A DNA stretch of 64,000 nucleotides from Schmidtea polychroa (Eukaryota), in assembly GCA_044892525.1 (NCBI GenBank), contig CM097885.1:49786001-49850000 (forward strand). Direction: 5' to 3'. Every line of letters starts with the position of its first letter. Positions within the stretch are counted from its first letter, which is position 1. The notes under the pieces are model-generated. The model did no database searches and had not been told where the DNA came from. It saw only the letters and a program-made list of their open reading frames with translations. The translations under genes and the position numbers were made by a program. Positions 1-15,000 of this stretch are shown here, one piece after another.

Positions 1-3000
1 TGGACCGCCCCTGAAAAATCTGATTTTCATGGACCGGTAGAATATTATGAAATTGAAATGAAGGAGTTTTCTCAAACCGATTGGAAACCGTGCTTACAAA
101 CTTCTCAATTATCAACAATTTTGGAAAATTTGCCATCTTCTAACAATATAATATTTCATGTTAGGGCAGTTAATAAAGCTGGCCCCAGTGAATATTCCAA
201 ACCATCAAAACCCATTAAATTGGACAAAGGNNNNNNNNNNNNNNNNNNNNNNNNNNNNNNNNNNNNNNNNNNNNNNNNNNNNNNNNNNNNNNNNNNNNNN
301 NNNNNNNNNNNNNNNNNNNNNNNNNNNNNNNNNNNNNNNNNNNNNNNNNNNNNNNNNNNNNNNNNNNNNNNNNNNNNNNNNNNNNNNNNNNNNNNNNNNN
401 NNNNNNNNNNNNNNNNNNNNNNNNNNNNNNNNNNNNNNNNNNNNNNNNNNNNGAATTTATCGAAGAACCGAAAAATATTGTTTGTGAAGAAATTCCGGAA
501 ACCATAACCTTTATTGCCGAACTTTCTCGTAAAAGTGATGATGTTAAATGGTTTAAAGGTTCTAAGAGAATATTTCCTAATAAAACAAAATTTTTATTAA
601 CAAATGAAAATGAAAGACAACCAAAATTGGAAATAATCAAAGTAGTTCCAGAAGATATTGGCAAATATAGAATTACGGTAGAGAATTTGGAAGCAGCGGC
701 TAATTTTGATTTAAGAGGTTTTATATAATATTTTTAATTTTTGTAAAAATAAAAATAATATTAATTTTAGTACCTCCTTCATTCATTTTATCCACTGATT
801 TCGCAAAAACATTTGTTGTACCGATTGGATCTAACAAAACTATCTCCTTACCATTTAAAGCTTGGCCTACACCGAAAGTTAACTGGACATGTATCAGTCC
901 AATTCAGATACCAGATAAAATGCGTTTCAGAACGAACATTAAAGAAAGTACCATTGATTTGCAAATGAATAAGTTACAAAGATTAGACTCTGGAGTTTAT
1001 GAAATCATAATAGAAAATGATTATGGTATTGCAAAATTGGAGTTAACTTTAACTGTGATAGATGTACCTGGGCCTGTGGAGGAATTGGAATACGAATTGC
1101 CTGAACAACCATCAGATGTAAAATTGAAGTGGCTAGAACCGAAAGACAATGGAGGCAGCCCAGTACTAAATTATTTATTTTCTATTGAAGAAGCCGCCCG
1201 ACTATCTACACCTATCAAAAACTCTAAATCTGTTTCTGCAAATGATGTATTAATTCCTGGATTAAAACCTGATACTGCATACACTGTTTCTGTTCAAGCC
1301 GTGAACAGTGTTGGAGTTGGTAAGTTAAATACGATAAAGTTTCAAACTAAAAAGAAAATTCAATTAAATGTCCCTGACCAACCAACTGATTTGACTATCA
1401 CAGTAACGAGTCCGAAAAGTATATCACTAAATTGGCAGGTACCAAAATATGATGGAGGATCTCCGATTTTAAGTTATATTGTTGAAAAACGACCTAAAAC
1501 ATCTCTCCTCATGAAATGGGTTCCTGTAATAACTGATAATGTTTCAAATACAAATTGTGTGATAGAAAATCTGAAAAGTGACGAGTATTCGTTTAGAGTG
1601 TCGGCTGAAAACAAAATTGGAACAAGTCGACCTTCTTCTATTGCTAGTGTTAAAATTGATACCGTAAATGACTTACCAGACAAACCGGGAAAACCATATC
1701 TTGAAAAGTCTATTGAAGGAATAATTCTTAAATGGGAAGCGCCAAAATATTTAGGAAAACCTCCATTTATTGGTTATAATATCGAGAAGAGTTGTAAAGC
1801 TAATAATAAATGGACAGCTATTAATGATACCCCTTGCGTTGAGGAGTATTACCCGGTTTCTTTAATTGTTGATAACGACGAAATATTTAGAATTGTTGCA
1901 CTGAACAAGTATGGTACAAGTTTGCCATCTGATATTTCCGACAAACCAAATATTACTCGGTCCGTTACATTTGTCAAAGAATTGGAAAATATCTACATCA
2001 CAGAATTACCATCCGATGCCATTTTTGAATGTGAAATGAGTGATTCTGGTCTTTATTTAACATGGTTGAAAAATGGAGTTCCAGTATCATTATCACCGAA
2101 ATTACGATACGATATAAACGATAGAGTCCATCAGTTATGTATAAAGAATCTTTCAGAAAATGACGAGGCTATCTATACCGCTTGTATATATAATTTAACA
2201 TCTAACGGCTGCTTAATTATTGAAGCTCCACCTCGATGGATTTTACCGGAAAATTTTGAAGATCATTTAACAATAAAGACAGGAAGACATGTTTATGTGG
2301 AATTACCGTTTTTATCATGCCCGCTTGGGTCGGTGAATTGGTCAATCAATGGTGGGCCTGTAGATCATGAAAATGTTAAAATAACAAAAGAACCTAATAT
2401 AACAACGTTTAAACTCGACAGGGCAACACTAAAAGAGCAAGGCAAATATGTTTGTCTTGTGGAAAATGAATTCGGAAAGTGTATAATGACAATCGAAATT
2501 ACTGTCCTTGACAAACCTGATAAGCCTCAGTCCGTAGTTTCATCAAGCTTGTCTCCGAATGAAACAATAATCCAATGGCAACCCCCGAAATTCGATGGTG
2601 GACAACCTATTTTGTCATATATTATAGAAAAACGTGAAAGTGATAAAAGAATTTGGCAAAATATTGGTTCAGTAGATGGTGGGAAGTTGGAATTGTCAAC
2701 ATCTAATATAAATCGTCAGGTTCCGTATTTTTTCCGAGTCATGGCGCAAAATCAAATTGGAATAAGTGAGCCTGCAGAAACTGACAAGCCCACTATTTTA
2801 CCTCCTAAAATGAGTAAATATTTTTTATTTTATAATTTATAATAATATATTAATTTCCAGATCCTCCTTCTAAAATGAACTCGCCACTAGTAAAATATAA
2901 GGATAATAACACATTTGAAGTAAGTTGGGCCAATCCTACAAGCAATGGTGGTTGTCCTTTGAAAGGATTTAAATTAATGAAAAGCTTGTTATCATCTCCA

Positions 3001-6000
3001 AATAAATGGGTATCAGTAACTGAAGAATTATTGTCTCCAGATTCTACAACTTATCTCATGAGAAACGAATTATGTGAACCATTCACGCTAATTATTGCAG
3101 CAGAAAATGAAGCCCAACTAATTGGACCATTCAGTGCTCCTAGCAATGTTGTTAAATTTCCAAAAGAGCTTCACGTTCCATCTCCACCTTTAAATTTGAG
3201 AATCGAAGCAATTTCTGATAAAAGTATCACTTTGAAATGGGATAAACCAAAGTCGGATGGAGGATCTGAAATTCAGAATTATGTTGTGCAGCTGCAAAAT
3301 GACACCAAAGAAGAATTTGTAAATGTTACTTCAGATTCGATTTATCAAAATAAATTGAAAATACAAAAGCAACTGATGAAAGCTGATCTTTGTCGATTCC
3401 GAGTTGCTGCTGTTAATAAGGTTGGAATCAGTGAGTTCTGCTATCTTGAAGAACCATTTTCAATGGAAAAGCATTCTGGTAAGAAACAAATTATTTTTAT
3501 TTCAGTTGAAATCACGAATTATGTTCAGAAATAAGTAAACCAAAGATTACTAAATCTCTTGACGATTCGAAGGTTTTAGTTAATAACAATATTACGTTAA
3601 CTTGTGACTACCTGTTGGGACAGCCGGAAGCCTCTGTTATTTGGTAAAATTTATTTTAAATTTATTAATTTTTATGATTAAGCAGTGGCATTGCCAGGAA
3701 TTTATGAAGAAGGGGAGGGTTGGAGTTGAGAAATATTTATTAATATTATGGTCAATAACCAAAATAAAATTTAACGAAATAAATAGTCACAATGTACTGA
3801 GAGTACAGACAGAAGTCACAGTATTACATTTACAGTAAATAAAATAAAAATGGTGGGGTAATTTTATAAAAATAGTTTTAAAAAAATAAACGAATTTAAA
3901 CAAATACTAATACAATAAAAATTTATTTAATAATAACAAATAAGTAATTTAATTGGTTTTATGAGTGTTTTGTGACTTTATCTCAGTTTTCTATTTGCTG
4001 CTTGAAGTCCTCGCAACTATTGAATTCGAAATTACACTTTGTTATAACTATTGCATTTAAAATATCAATATTCAATTGCGATGTATCCAGGCCCGGTTTT
4101 AGGCATAGGCGACGTCGGCAGCAGCCTAGGGCGCCGATTTACAAGCGGGCGCCAAATAGTTCTGCTTTTTTTTATCAACATACATAATTTGCAATATATT
4201 TCGTCAAAGAAAATATTAGAGGATTGTCTTAAACTGGAAAATTTTTTACGGCACGATGATTCTAAAGATATTGATGGTACAGATTTATTGAACGAATTGA
4301 TATTTATAGCTAGACATATTCCAAAAAACTTATTGCCGGAAGATGTACTTAATTATATTTGTAAAAATAATATAGTGGACAGCGTTCCAAATATATTTGT
4401 TGCTTTGCGAATTTTATTAACCCTACCAGTTTCTGTGCCAAGCGGTGAACGAAGCTTTTCGAAGCTTAAACAGATCAAAACATATATAAGATCTACAATG
4501 TCACAAGAACGGCTTGTGGGATTAGCAATATTGTCGATTGAACACGAAATGGCGCGTGATATAGATACGAAGTTGCTGCTTGAAGATTTCGCTAAACTAA
4601 AAGCACGAAAAATTAAATTTTAAATGGTTTTTGTTTTTATATATATTTTTGTGTAATAAATAAATGAAGTATAGTTATTTTATTTTCATTTACTTCTTTA
4701 ATTATTGGGTTTGTTTCTAGACTAGAGGCGCCATTTTTTTAGTTTGCCTAGGGCGCCAAATACTCTAGCGTCGGGCCTGGATGTATCTGATATCCACATA
4801 TTATTAATAATTGAAAAAACTCTTTCTTTAAGAGCATTTGTGCCCGGCAAACCGTTTACAATGTTGCAATATAAAGCTCTGAAAATAATTCGGTGTGTAT
4901 GTGAAAATATAACATAAACTAAATTAATTTTGATAATATACGAATCTCTAATTCTGGGACATGGAGTTAGAATCTAGCACTGTCCCGTAATATCCGGGAC
5001 GAATGATCACTCTATTTATACTATTAATATGTGTCATTATTTACAAAAAATTTATATTTAAATTTTTTTAAGTTTAGTATAATATTTTTATATATGAAAA
5101 TTTTAATGACTGACATCGCTTTGATGCTCCGATGGCAACAATATTTAAAATACATTAATAATTCAAGATTTTTGTTTAACAACGCATTTTTTAATATTTT
5201 CGGTGTCAAGCCGATTTATCTGACAAGAACTTTTTTAAATAAATTTGTTAGGAAAATGTGTCTGACAACATAAAATAAATGCCTGTTTTTCCGTGGAACT
5301 GGATGTTAAATAATATAAATATATTATAATTTAATCCTCAGTTGACTAAGAAAAATTATTTCGAGATGATCGAAGTTAGGAATGTGTTCAACATTCAAGG
5401 TTATTACAGTCATATATCTACGGTGACCATATATTTTTTGTGAAAATAAAGGACATATCGAAGAAAATAAAAAAATAACTTGCCAGCCATTTTCTCAAGA
5501 CGTTGTAATTTAGTATATCTTTCCCGTCTCATAAACACGAGAAATATTCTTTTCTATCCCAACAGAAATTCAAGCATATTAAAACATCCACCTACGCCAC
5601 GCTTGTATTTAAAAACGTACTAGACTTTTGGTGCTATCTGAAAATAAATGTTAATATTAAAATTATTTTATTATATAGGATGAAAAATGACAAAATTATA
5701 AGAAATTCGCCTAAAGCAAAAATCAGTTCCGGGAAAACACAAAGTTCGTTGATTCTAGAAAAATGCAAAATTGAAGACGAAGGTAAGTATATATGCAAAT
5801 TAGAAAATGAATTTGGAAAAGCGGAAACAACATGCAAAGTCATAGTTGAAGGTTGATTTTTTATAAAGTTCTTTTTCGGTTAAATATTCTTTTCAATGAT
5901 AGAAAAACCTGAAATCAAGCTTGATAGTAAAACAGTAATGGGATTATCTATTTCTGAATTACAAAAGGCCGTTTTGTCAGCGACAGTAACCGGTTATCCC

Positions 6001-9000
6001 GAATGTAAAATACAATGGATGAAGAACAACAAAATCATCGAGGAATCGAATAAGAAACACTTTCGAAATGAAAAATCTCTAAATAAATATAACTTTATAA
6101 TTGATTCAACAGCAATAAATGATGCCGGTGAATATGAAATTGTGGCTGAAAATCCTTCAGGCCGATGTTCAGCAAGGATACAGTTAAATGTACTCACAGT
6201 GCCCCAACCGCCAGAAAATATAAATGTAACTTCTGAAATGTCTGATTGTGCAACCATTCAATGGAATCCCCCGGTTAATGACGGAGGCGCAAAAATCATC
6301 AGTTACATCATCGAGAAACGTGAATTGACAAGTTCAAAACCAGACAACTGGACACGATGCGGAACAACTTCAGGGGATGGCAAAAATAAATTAAACGTTT
6401 TCAATTTAACGCCGAATGGAACATTTAGTTTCCGAGCAGCGGCAGAAAATCCAATTGGGAAAAGTGAATTTGCCGAAATCGAACAGCCAATAACTCTACA
6501 ACAAATAATCGGTATGAGATTCGTGCGTTTGATATTATTGGATTTATTTCACCGAAATAGATATGCCACAAACACCGACAAATCTGACCGTGAAGGATAT
6601 CGGATATGACAAACTCAAATTGCAATGGAATCCGGTTTCGACCTCGACCTCGTCTCCTGTAACGTATATTGTTCAACAAAAGGACAATTTATCGGATTTA
6701 TGGACACCAATTACAATACAACCAATTAAAACACCACAAATTAATGCGTCAAATTTAAATAATGAGTACAAATATCAATTCAGGGTGTTGGCTAAAAATA
6801 TAAACGGCAAAAGTGCACCATCTTTACCAACGGAATGGATTACTTTAAAACATGGTAATCGGTTAATTATGAATATATACTTGAAATACATATTTAGACG
6901 ACAAACCCAAGAAGACTGTTTTAGAAGTTCCAAAGCACTTGAAAGATTCGAAAGATTTGATTGAACAACTAAGAGAATATAAAAATGCTATTCGAGATAT
7001 CGTACCAATTGCACTGAGTTTGTCTTAATTGCTTTTTATTAAATGTTTTAGTAGNNNNNNNNNNNNNNNNNNNNNNNNNNNNNNNNNNNNNNNNNNNNNN
7101 NNNNNNNNNNNNNNNNNNNNNNNNNNNNNNNNNNNNNNNNNNNNNNNNNNNNNNNNNNNNNNNNNNNNNNNNNNNNNNNNNNNNNNNNNNNNNNNNNNNN
7201 NNNNNNNNNNNNNNNNNNNNNNNNNNNNNNNNNNNNNNNNNNNNNNNNNNNNNNNNNNNNNNNNNNNNNNNNNNNNNNNNNNNNNNNNNNNNNNNNNNNN
7301 NNNNNNNNATTCCATCACGCAGATCCGCCAGAGATATCTTTAATTGGACCGGCCGATTTCAAACTTCGACCTAAATCAAATATGCGAATTCCACTTCTTA
7401 TTTTATCAGATGTCAAACCAGTTTTAGAAGTGATGAAGAAATCCACAATACCTGTGCCAATGGACAAGTTAAAGATTGAACAGTATGGAAATAACTACTA
7501 TGTTAATCTGTTGAATGTCGGCCCCGATTCAATTGGAACATATTCAATTATCGCTTCAAATAAAGCTGGAGGAAACGAGGTTTCTGTTAATTTAGTTGTG
7601 ACAGATGTTCCAGCCATACCTGAAGGACCTCTAGAAGCAGCTCAACTCACGCCGAACTCCGTAAAAGTAGACTGGGAAGTCCCGATTTCGGATTGTGGGG
7701 AACCAATTAAAGGATATTTGTTAGAATATAAAGATGAAAAGCGCAATAAATTTAGTCAACCGATTAACGTAAATCCCAAGAATACATCTTGCATTGTTGA
7801 AGGATTGGTTCCTGGAGTTCCGTACAGATTCAGAGTTTGTGCTTACAATCTCAATGGAGCAAGTCAACAATTGATTTCAAATACTCATATTATTTTGAAG
7901 AGTCCGTTTGGTAAGAAATTTTCATTAATTTATTAAAATTATTTAAATTTCTATTTAGATTGTCCATCAACACCAATAGGTCCTTTAGAACCAAATATTC
8001 TCGATAATTCTTCTGTAAAATTGCAATGGAAAGCACCTGAAACTGATGGCGGAAAACCTATTGAATGTTATAAAGTGCAAGTTAAAGAAATTGGTGGAAA
8101 TAACGAATGGGTACCTTTAGCTCGTTTAAAGAATGACTGTCTTGAATATGATGTCAGTGGTCTAAAGGATGGATATTCGTATAAGTTTAGAGTGCAAGCA
8201 GTTAATGAAGTTGGTCCTAGTAATTGGTTAGAAACTGATAAATCAATAGCTTTCAACAAACCGAAAAAGGTTCCATCAGTTCCAGAAGGCCCAATGAAAA
8301 CCTTACTGACTCCGGAAAATGGTTTGCGATTGTCTTGGAATTTACCGCTTGATGATGGGGGACTATTAATTGATAAATTTGATGTCGAAATGAAAACTAA
8401 TGATAATGACTGGAAAAATATCAATACTTGTGATGCTAATCAACTTTTTTGCAATACTCCAGTTATGGATAAGGATAAAATTTATTCATTCCGTGTTTCA
8501 GCTCATAATTCCTTGGGATCGGGTCCATTCTTGTATTCAATTCCTTTCAATTTGCAAACCCATCCAATAATACCTTCACCTCCAATCGGTCCACTAATCG
8601 GCACATGTGACTCTCATAATAGCATTGAATTGAAATGGAATCCTTCTTTGACCGGAAATCCAACAAGTTATATAATAGAACAGAGTACAGATGGCAAAAA
8701 TTGGAAATACACAGGTCGCTCGAAAGATAGTCATAGTTGTAATTATACTGCAAAAAATCTTAAACCCGGAAATGAATATTTATTCAGAATTATCGCTGAA
8801 AATGATCAGGGACAAAGTTCTCCATTAAAATCGGATAAACCAATTGTCTGTGTCAATCCATTCCGAACTCCTGAAAAACCTAATTTTCCTATTACTTTCA
8901 ACGACTTCACTGATTCATCCGTTAATATATCTTGGAAAAATCCCGATGATGAAGGAGATGCACCAATTTCACATTTCAATTGTTTCATCAAATATAAAGA

Positions 9001-12000
9001 GAGCCCAGTTATGTATAAAATTGGAAAAGTTCCTTTCGGTGAAAATTCTATACGTGCTAAAAATCTTCTTCCGGGAAAAATATACAATTTCTGTGTTTCA
9101 GCGACAAACCAGTATGGAACTGGGGAATTATTAAAATCTGATGATTTCTCTATCGAAGAAGCTCATTTTGCTCCTGATGCTCCAGCTTGGGTAAAAGTAA
9201 TTGGAAAAGGCTCATCGAGTGTAACAATACAGTGGGTTATACCAAACGAATGCAAGCATGGACAAAAACACCAACACCATGTTGACAGTTATTTAATTTA
9301 TCAAAAAGAAGACAAACCTAATGCTCAATGGACTCACATAACTAATGTTGATCATTTTCTTGACAAAATAACGATTGGGAATTTATCTCCTGATAACAAA
9401 TATTATTTCGGAGTAGCTGGAGTAAACCAATATGGAATAGGAGATATTGTATCAACACTTGAACCGGTTTCGCCTGAATCAGTTACAAGTTAGTTTTCAG
9501 ATTATTTTTTTTATATTTAGAAACCGTTTTTAAATCTCATTTAATATTAGTTTATGATAAAGCTTAATACGCTCATTGTCACGTCATCCGTATATTTCAA
9601 ATACCACTAACTTCTATAGACGTCGCATCGAATATGTATGTTTGGCATCTATTCTTTTAGCCCGAGTCATGCTATTCATTAACATCAGTCAATCTGTGGT
9701 AATTTGTACTATCACATATTACTATATTAACCAATAATATGTTAATATTATATTAATCAAATTAGTCAATAATTTTCCTCATTCTGGGCTGCCAATCAAG
9801 ATGTTAACTAACACAGCGGTTCCTTAATCGTGGTCCGCGTCCCACTTTACTTTCCAGTAAGCCGCGAAACTAAATATTCTTTTAAAAAATTTGGGAGTGT
9901 TTAAAATGTTTAAAATAATTGTGACCTAAAATTAGAAAATCAAAAGATTTTATACCTAGTCACCGATGAAATTTTTTACTTATCCATAAACACGCACAAA
10001 TTGCGAAGCCTAATTTTATTTAGTGTCTGCGAAGAAAAAGGTTTAAGAACCGCTGAGCTAACATATTCTCAATAATTTCAATATTCGTAATATTTTAAAA
10101 ATTATTTTTTCCACTTCATTTTATGATCTTATAATCAATTTCTTTGTTTTATTTATTATTTATTTATTATTTATTTTAAATTTTCAGCTGTGCCAACTGC
10201 TCCCCAAGGACCACTTCAAATAAGTGATATAACTAAAACCAGTTGTGTTTTAGCCTGGAAAAGACCGATATTTGACGGAGGATCACCAATTATTACCTAT
10301 CGTATTTATAAACGAGAACATTTCAGAACAAGCTGGCAAGAAATTGGAAAAATACCCAACATAATTGGTCAACCTTTGGAGTTTAATGCGCTTTATTTAT
10401 TGGAAGGAACACAATTTGACTTTAGAGTCGTTGCAGAAAATAAAAACGGCTTTTCTGAACCTTTAGAAACTCAATTTTCTATCCAACCGAAAAAGTTATC
10501 TACTGTTCCGAACCAACCGAAAGGACCGATTAAAATTAAACCTTTTAATAAGGACAGTGTTAATGTTATGTGGAAGCCACCTGTAGATGATGGAGGGTCT
10601 CCAATAATTAATTATGAAGTCGAAGTCAAGAGACGAGGAAGGCCTTGGAAACCTTATCTAAAAACAGACGACACTGAATTTAATTTTACTGACATTTTAC
10701 CCAATGAAGAATACTTTTTTAGAGTATTTGCAAAGAATGCAAACGGATTAAGCAAACCTCTAATGAATGACGAAAGCTATGTTAAAATTGTAAAACCAGA
10801 GTCAATAAAAAACATCAAAGCTATAACAGAAAAACCAATTGGCGATCAAGTAATTTTATCTTGGATTCCCCCGTCGTCTAATGACGTTAAATCATACAAA
10901 ATTGAAAAGAAAAATCTGAGTTCTCCATATGATGATTGGCAGCCAATAGAATTCGATTTCAAACCGGAGCGGAAAGACAATACACAACCAATCAAATATA
11001 CAGCTAATAAACTATATCCAAATACTTATTATGATTTCCGGGTGTCAGCATTATATCCTGATGGCATTAGTGAATCGAAAAATTTATCAGCACCAATTCT
11101 AACTTCAAATCAATCTCCACTTGCACCTGTTAAAGATTTAAAGTTAAATATCAATAAAGACCATGATTTTATTGACTTAAAATGGGATCTTCCCGAGGAT
11201 TCGAGTTCTAAAGATCGACATGTTTTAATTGAAGAAAAGGATTATGATAATAATCGTTGGAGACCAATAGTTGATTTACCTGAATCACTAAGTTCTTTTA
11301 GTGTGCCCCGGTCTTCAGTGAAAGATAGAATACCGAGAGATTTTAAGTTAACAGTTTTTAATAAAACTGATGGGCTTAAGAGTATGCCAATGAATTTTAG
11401 ATTGCCCAAACTATATGGTGGGGATGATGACGACTATGAATATTTAAAGAGCAGAAATAATTTGCAATTTAAACCGGAAAATATAGAAAGAAACGATACA
11501 GACGGTTTTCGAAGACCAGAGTTCAAACCAAATAACTATCTTCCAGAAGGGGAATTTGATTTAAGATTGGGCGGACCTTCTTTGTTGGAGAAAGAATATA
11601 TTTACGGAAATTACGGTATACCACAAGCGGGCCGATTTTACTCAAAACCTACAGAAGTCATTGAATTTACTCGTAAAAATCTAAATCCTTTAGTTGTGAA
11701 ACCATTGACATCGGCAAGTTTAGAAGCTTCTTGGAATGATTATGTTCCTCCTAGGGATATCGATAAATTCAGAATTGAAAAATGGAATCCTGATCTTAAA
11801 CAATGGGAATATGAAAGTGAAGTTAAAGGCAATAAGAAAAATTATGTGATGTATGGATTGAATGCTGATGTTCCAGTTTGGTTGAGAGTAGTACCATATG
11901 ATAAATTTGGAAAAGCTCTTCCACCTTTATTAATGGATCGAGCAGTACAGCCTCAAATGAAACGTTCAAAACCATTGCCGGTCTCTAATGTGAGAGTGGA

Positions 12001-15000
12001 GCCAGAAGAATTTGGATTATTTGCCAGATGGTTCAAACCAGTAGATGACGGAGGATCACCAATACAAGGTTATAAAGTAACTCTTATAGACTTAACAACT
12101 GGAGAGGAAACAAATATTGCTGTAATTGATGCAAACCATAATGAATGTGTTCTTCCACAACTGAATCCTGATCATAATTGGGCTGTACAAGTAACGCCGT
12201 TCAATGCCGAAGGTTATGGTTCATCTACCAAATCTGGTCTCATAGATATTCCCAGGGAAGAGTTTGAATTACCTATTCAACCAATTAATATTTATCCATT
12301 AAAAATTTCTAAACCATTAAAAATGAAATGGGAAATGCCAGAAAATTATGTTTACAAGCCAGAGCAAACGTTTGTTCTAGAGAAATGGACATCAAAGACA
12401 AAGGATTGGGTACCTGTTGTTCACCTTCCTGGAAATATTCTGGAATATGACGTTCCAGACATTGATTTATCTATTGAAAATAGATTCAGAATATATTCTA
12501 ATAATCCTTATAAAATCAGTCAGCCGTTGTATTCAAATGTGATTTTACCGAGGTCAATAGGCAATATTGTTGCACCTGTTAATGTTAGACAATTAAACGA
12601 CATTGTAAACAAAAAAGTTGATTTAATATGGGAAACTCCATTTTATAATGTGCCACTAGATGAATACATTATTGAAAGACAAATACCTTCGAGATCTAAT
12701 GATTGGGAATATTTAACTTCCGTACCCAGCCACACCACCTCATTCAGTGTGAATTATCCAACTGAGGATGCAAAATATCGCATTTCCTCAATCATGGATT
12801 ACGGCAAAAGCGAGCCTACAGAAGCAGTGATAGATCTAAATTATGAACCGAAAAAGTGGATTTCTAAACCAATGACACCATTTAAATTAGAGATCCAACA
12901 TGGTGGAAAGTCATCGCCAAACTTAATGCCAGAAGTTTTGAATTTAAATATGCCTCATTATGTTCCGGATGATGTTGATTTCTATCAAATCGAAATGCGG
13001 CAACCGTCACAAAAAGAATGGTTTCCTATAACGAGAATAAGTCCTTTTGATACTTCCTACTCTATGGAAAATTTCAGTGAATATTCAATGCCAGAAGCTG
13101 TTTTCCGATTGAAGCCGATTAGCAAAACTAATAGAGATTACTTTGCAGAACCAACGGCTTATGTTGTACCTAGTTATACAGCAATGGAAAACTTTCCACG
13201 ACCAATTATGGCTGAACCATTGGATAATGGAGAAATTAATATACATTGGAGTGTGCCTAAAACGGGAATTTCTGATTTGCCCTTTAAGAAAATTTCATTA
13301 TATGAAAGAGAAGATTCTAGTCTTGATTGGAAAGAAATTGGCAGATTTAACTTACCTATTGACAAAGTTATTCTCACTGGTAGATCACAAAATCAGAAAT
13401 ATTTCTATGGGGTTGCCGATGTTACTGGAGATCGAATAGGCAGAATATCCAGTATTTTAGAGCCAATATCTAGTTATTATAAACCAGAAAATTTAGAAAT
13501 TAGACCGACTGTTTCATTAGGTCTGCGACCAATTAGTATGGATAAACCTATTGAGGTGTTTTGGGACAAACCATTGAATTTCGATATATTAGACAAAAGC
13601 AATTATTCCATAGACATGTACATTCCTGAAAATAACTACTGGATGAGTATAGGAAATATAATGCCCGAAATAACTAGTTTCCAGTTACCAAAGTACATTC
13701 CATGTACGCATGATACAAAATTAAGAATATCAAAGATTAATGATGAATGTAAATATATTCCTATCAGTAACTATGTACAATTACCCGATGATCTGATCAG
13801 GAAACCAATAAAAAGTGATTATGATACACCATATTTTATCAGTGACAATTATAAACCGAATGTTTATAATAATTCAGAGTGGAATCCTGATTATAAACTT
13901 GAAAACATAAACCTCAAGTTTCCATTACTTTTCAGCGGTTCCATTAAGCCCACTGATGATTACTTACATTATAGACTACCGTTAGAGTATGATATTCCAA
14001 CTTTGAGTGTAAAAGAAGCTTTTAATCATCATTTAATTCCAAGATCACCTATTGGTCCTCTTCAAGTCATTCCATTCGACGATAATCAGCTCGAATTAAC
14101 ATGGCAACCTTACAATTATCAATATGAAAAAATCCAAACCCCAACTTCTTATATTGTAGAATCTCGCCCAGTTGATTCACACGATACTTGGGTAACACAG
14201 GCTGAATTGGAGCCATATACATATAATGCTATCGTACCGAGACCGAACTTCGATTCGTATTACCGAATAAGATCCAGATTTGATGATATTTTCAGTGCAC
14301 CGTTAACTGAAATTTATCGGACTGATAGTTTAATGAAAAGGCCGACTTCCACTTATGTCACTTCGGTTATAAAGACAGAGTTTATTCCAAAATTTAACGC
14401 TATAGAATTGACGTGGCCCTCTCGAACTCGTTTTGGAGGTGATGAAATTGTTGATTATGCTGTGCAAATCAAATCAAATTATTCCCCATATTGGAGCACG
14501 ATTTCAATTTTGCCATCAAAAATTCAGAAATTTATTCATTATGACATAGAACCAGATACAGTCTACCAATTCCAACTAGTTCCTCGATTGAAAGGTGATA
14601 TTCCTGGTGCCTCTATTCCCAGTAATTACATCAGCATCCCATTTTATATGTTAAAACCCTATGTGAACATTGAGCAAACCAAGTCATCCGGTAGAAAACC
14701 GACTTTCACTGACTCAAAATTTATTGAAAAATGGATTCCTGATTCTGAAGAGTGGGTTTCGTTGAAATTCGATGAGAAACCTATGCCTAAAACTACCATG
14801 GAAAATGACTTACCATCATATTATCGGGTTCGAAATGAAATTATTCCAGATAGAATCGACAAATATTTTGTTAAATCCAAAACAGAAGGTAAAGATTATT
14901 TAAATATAATACGTTTAACATGATAATATTTCTATTTATTAATATTATAAGAACTTTTTTCAAATTTCACCACTGATTTCTTTTCAATTGGTATTGTATT

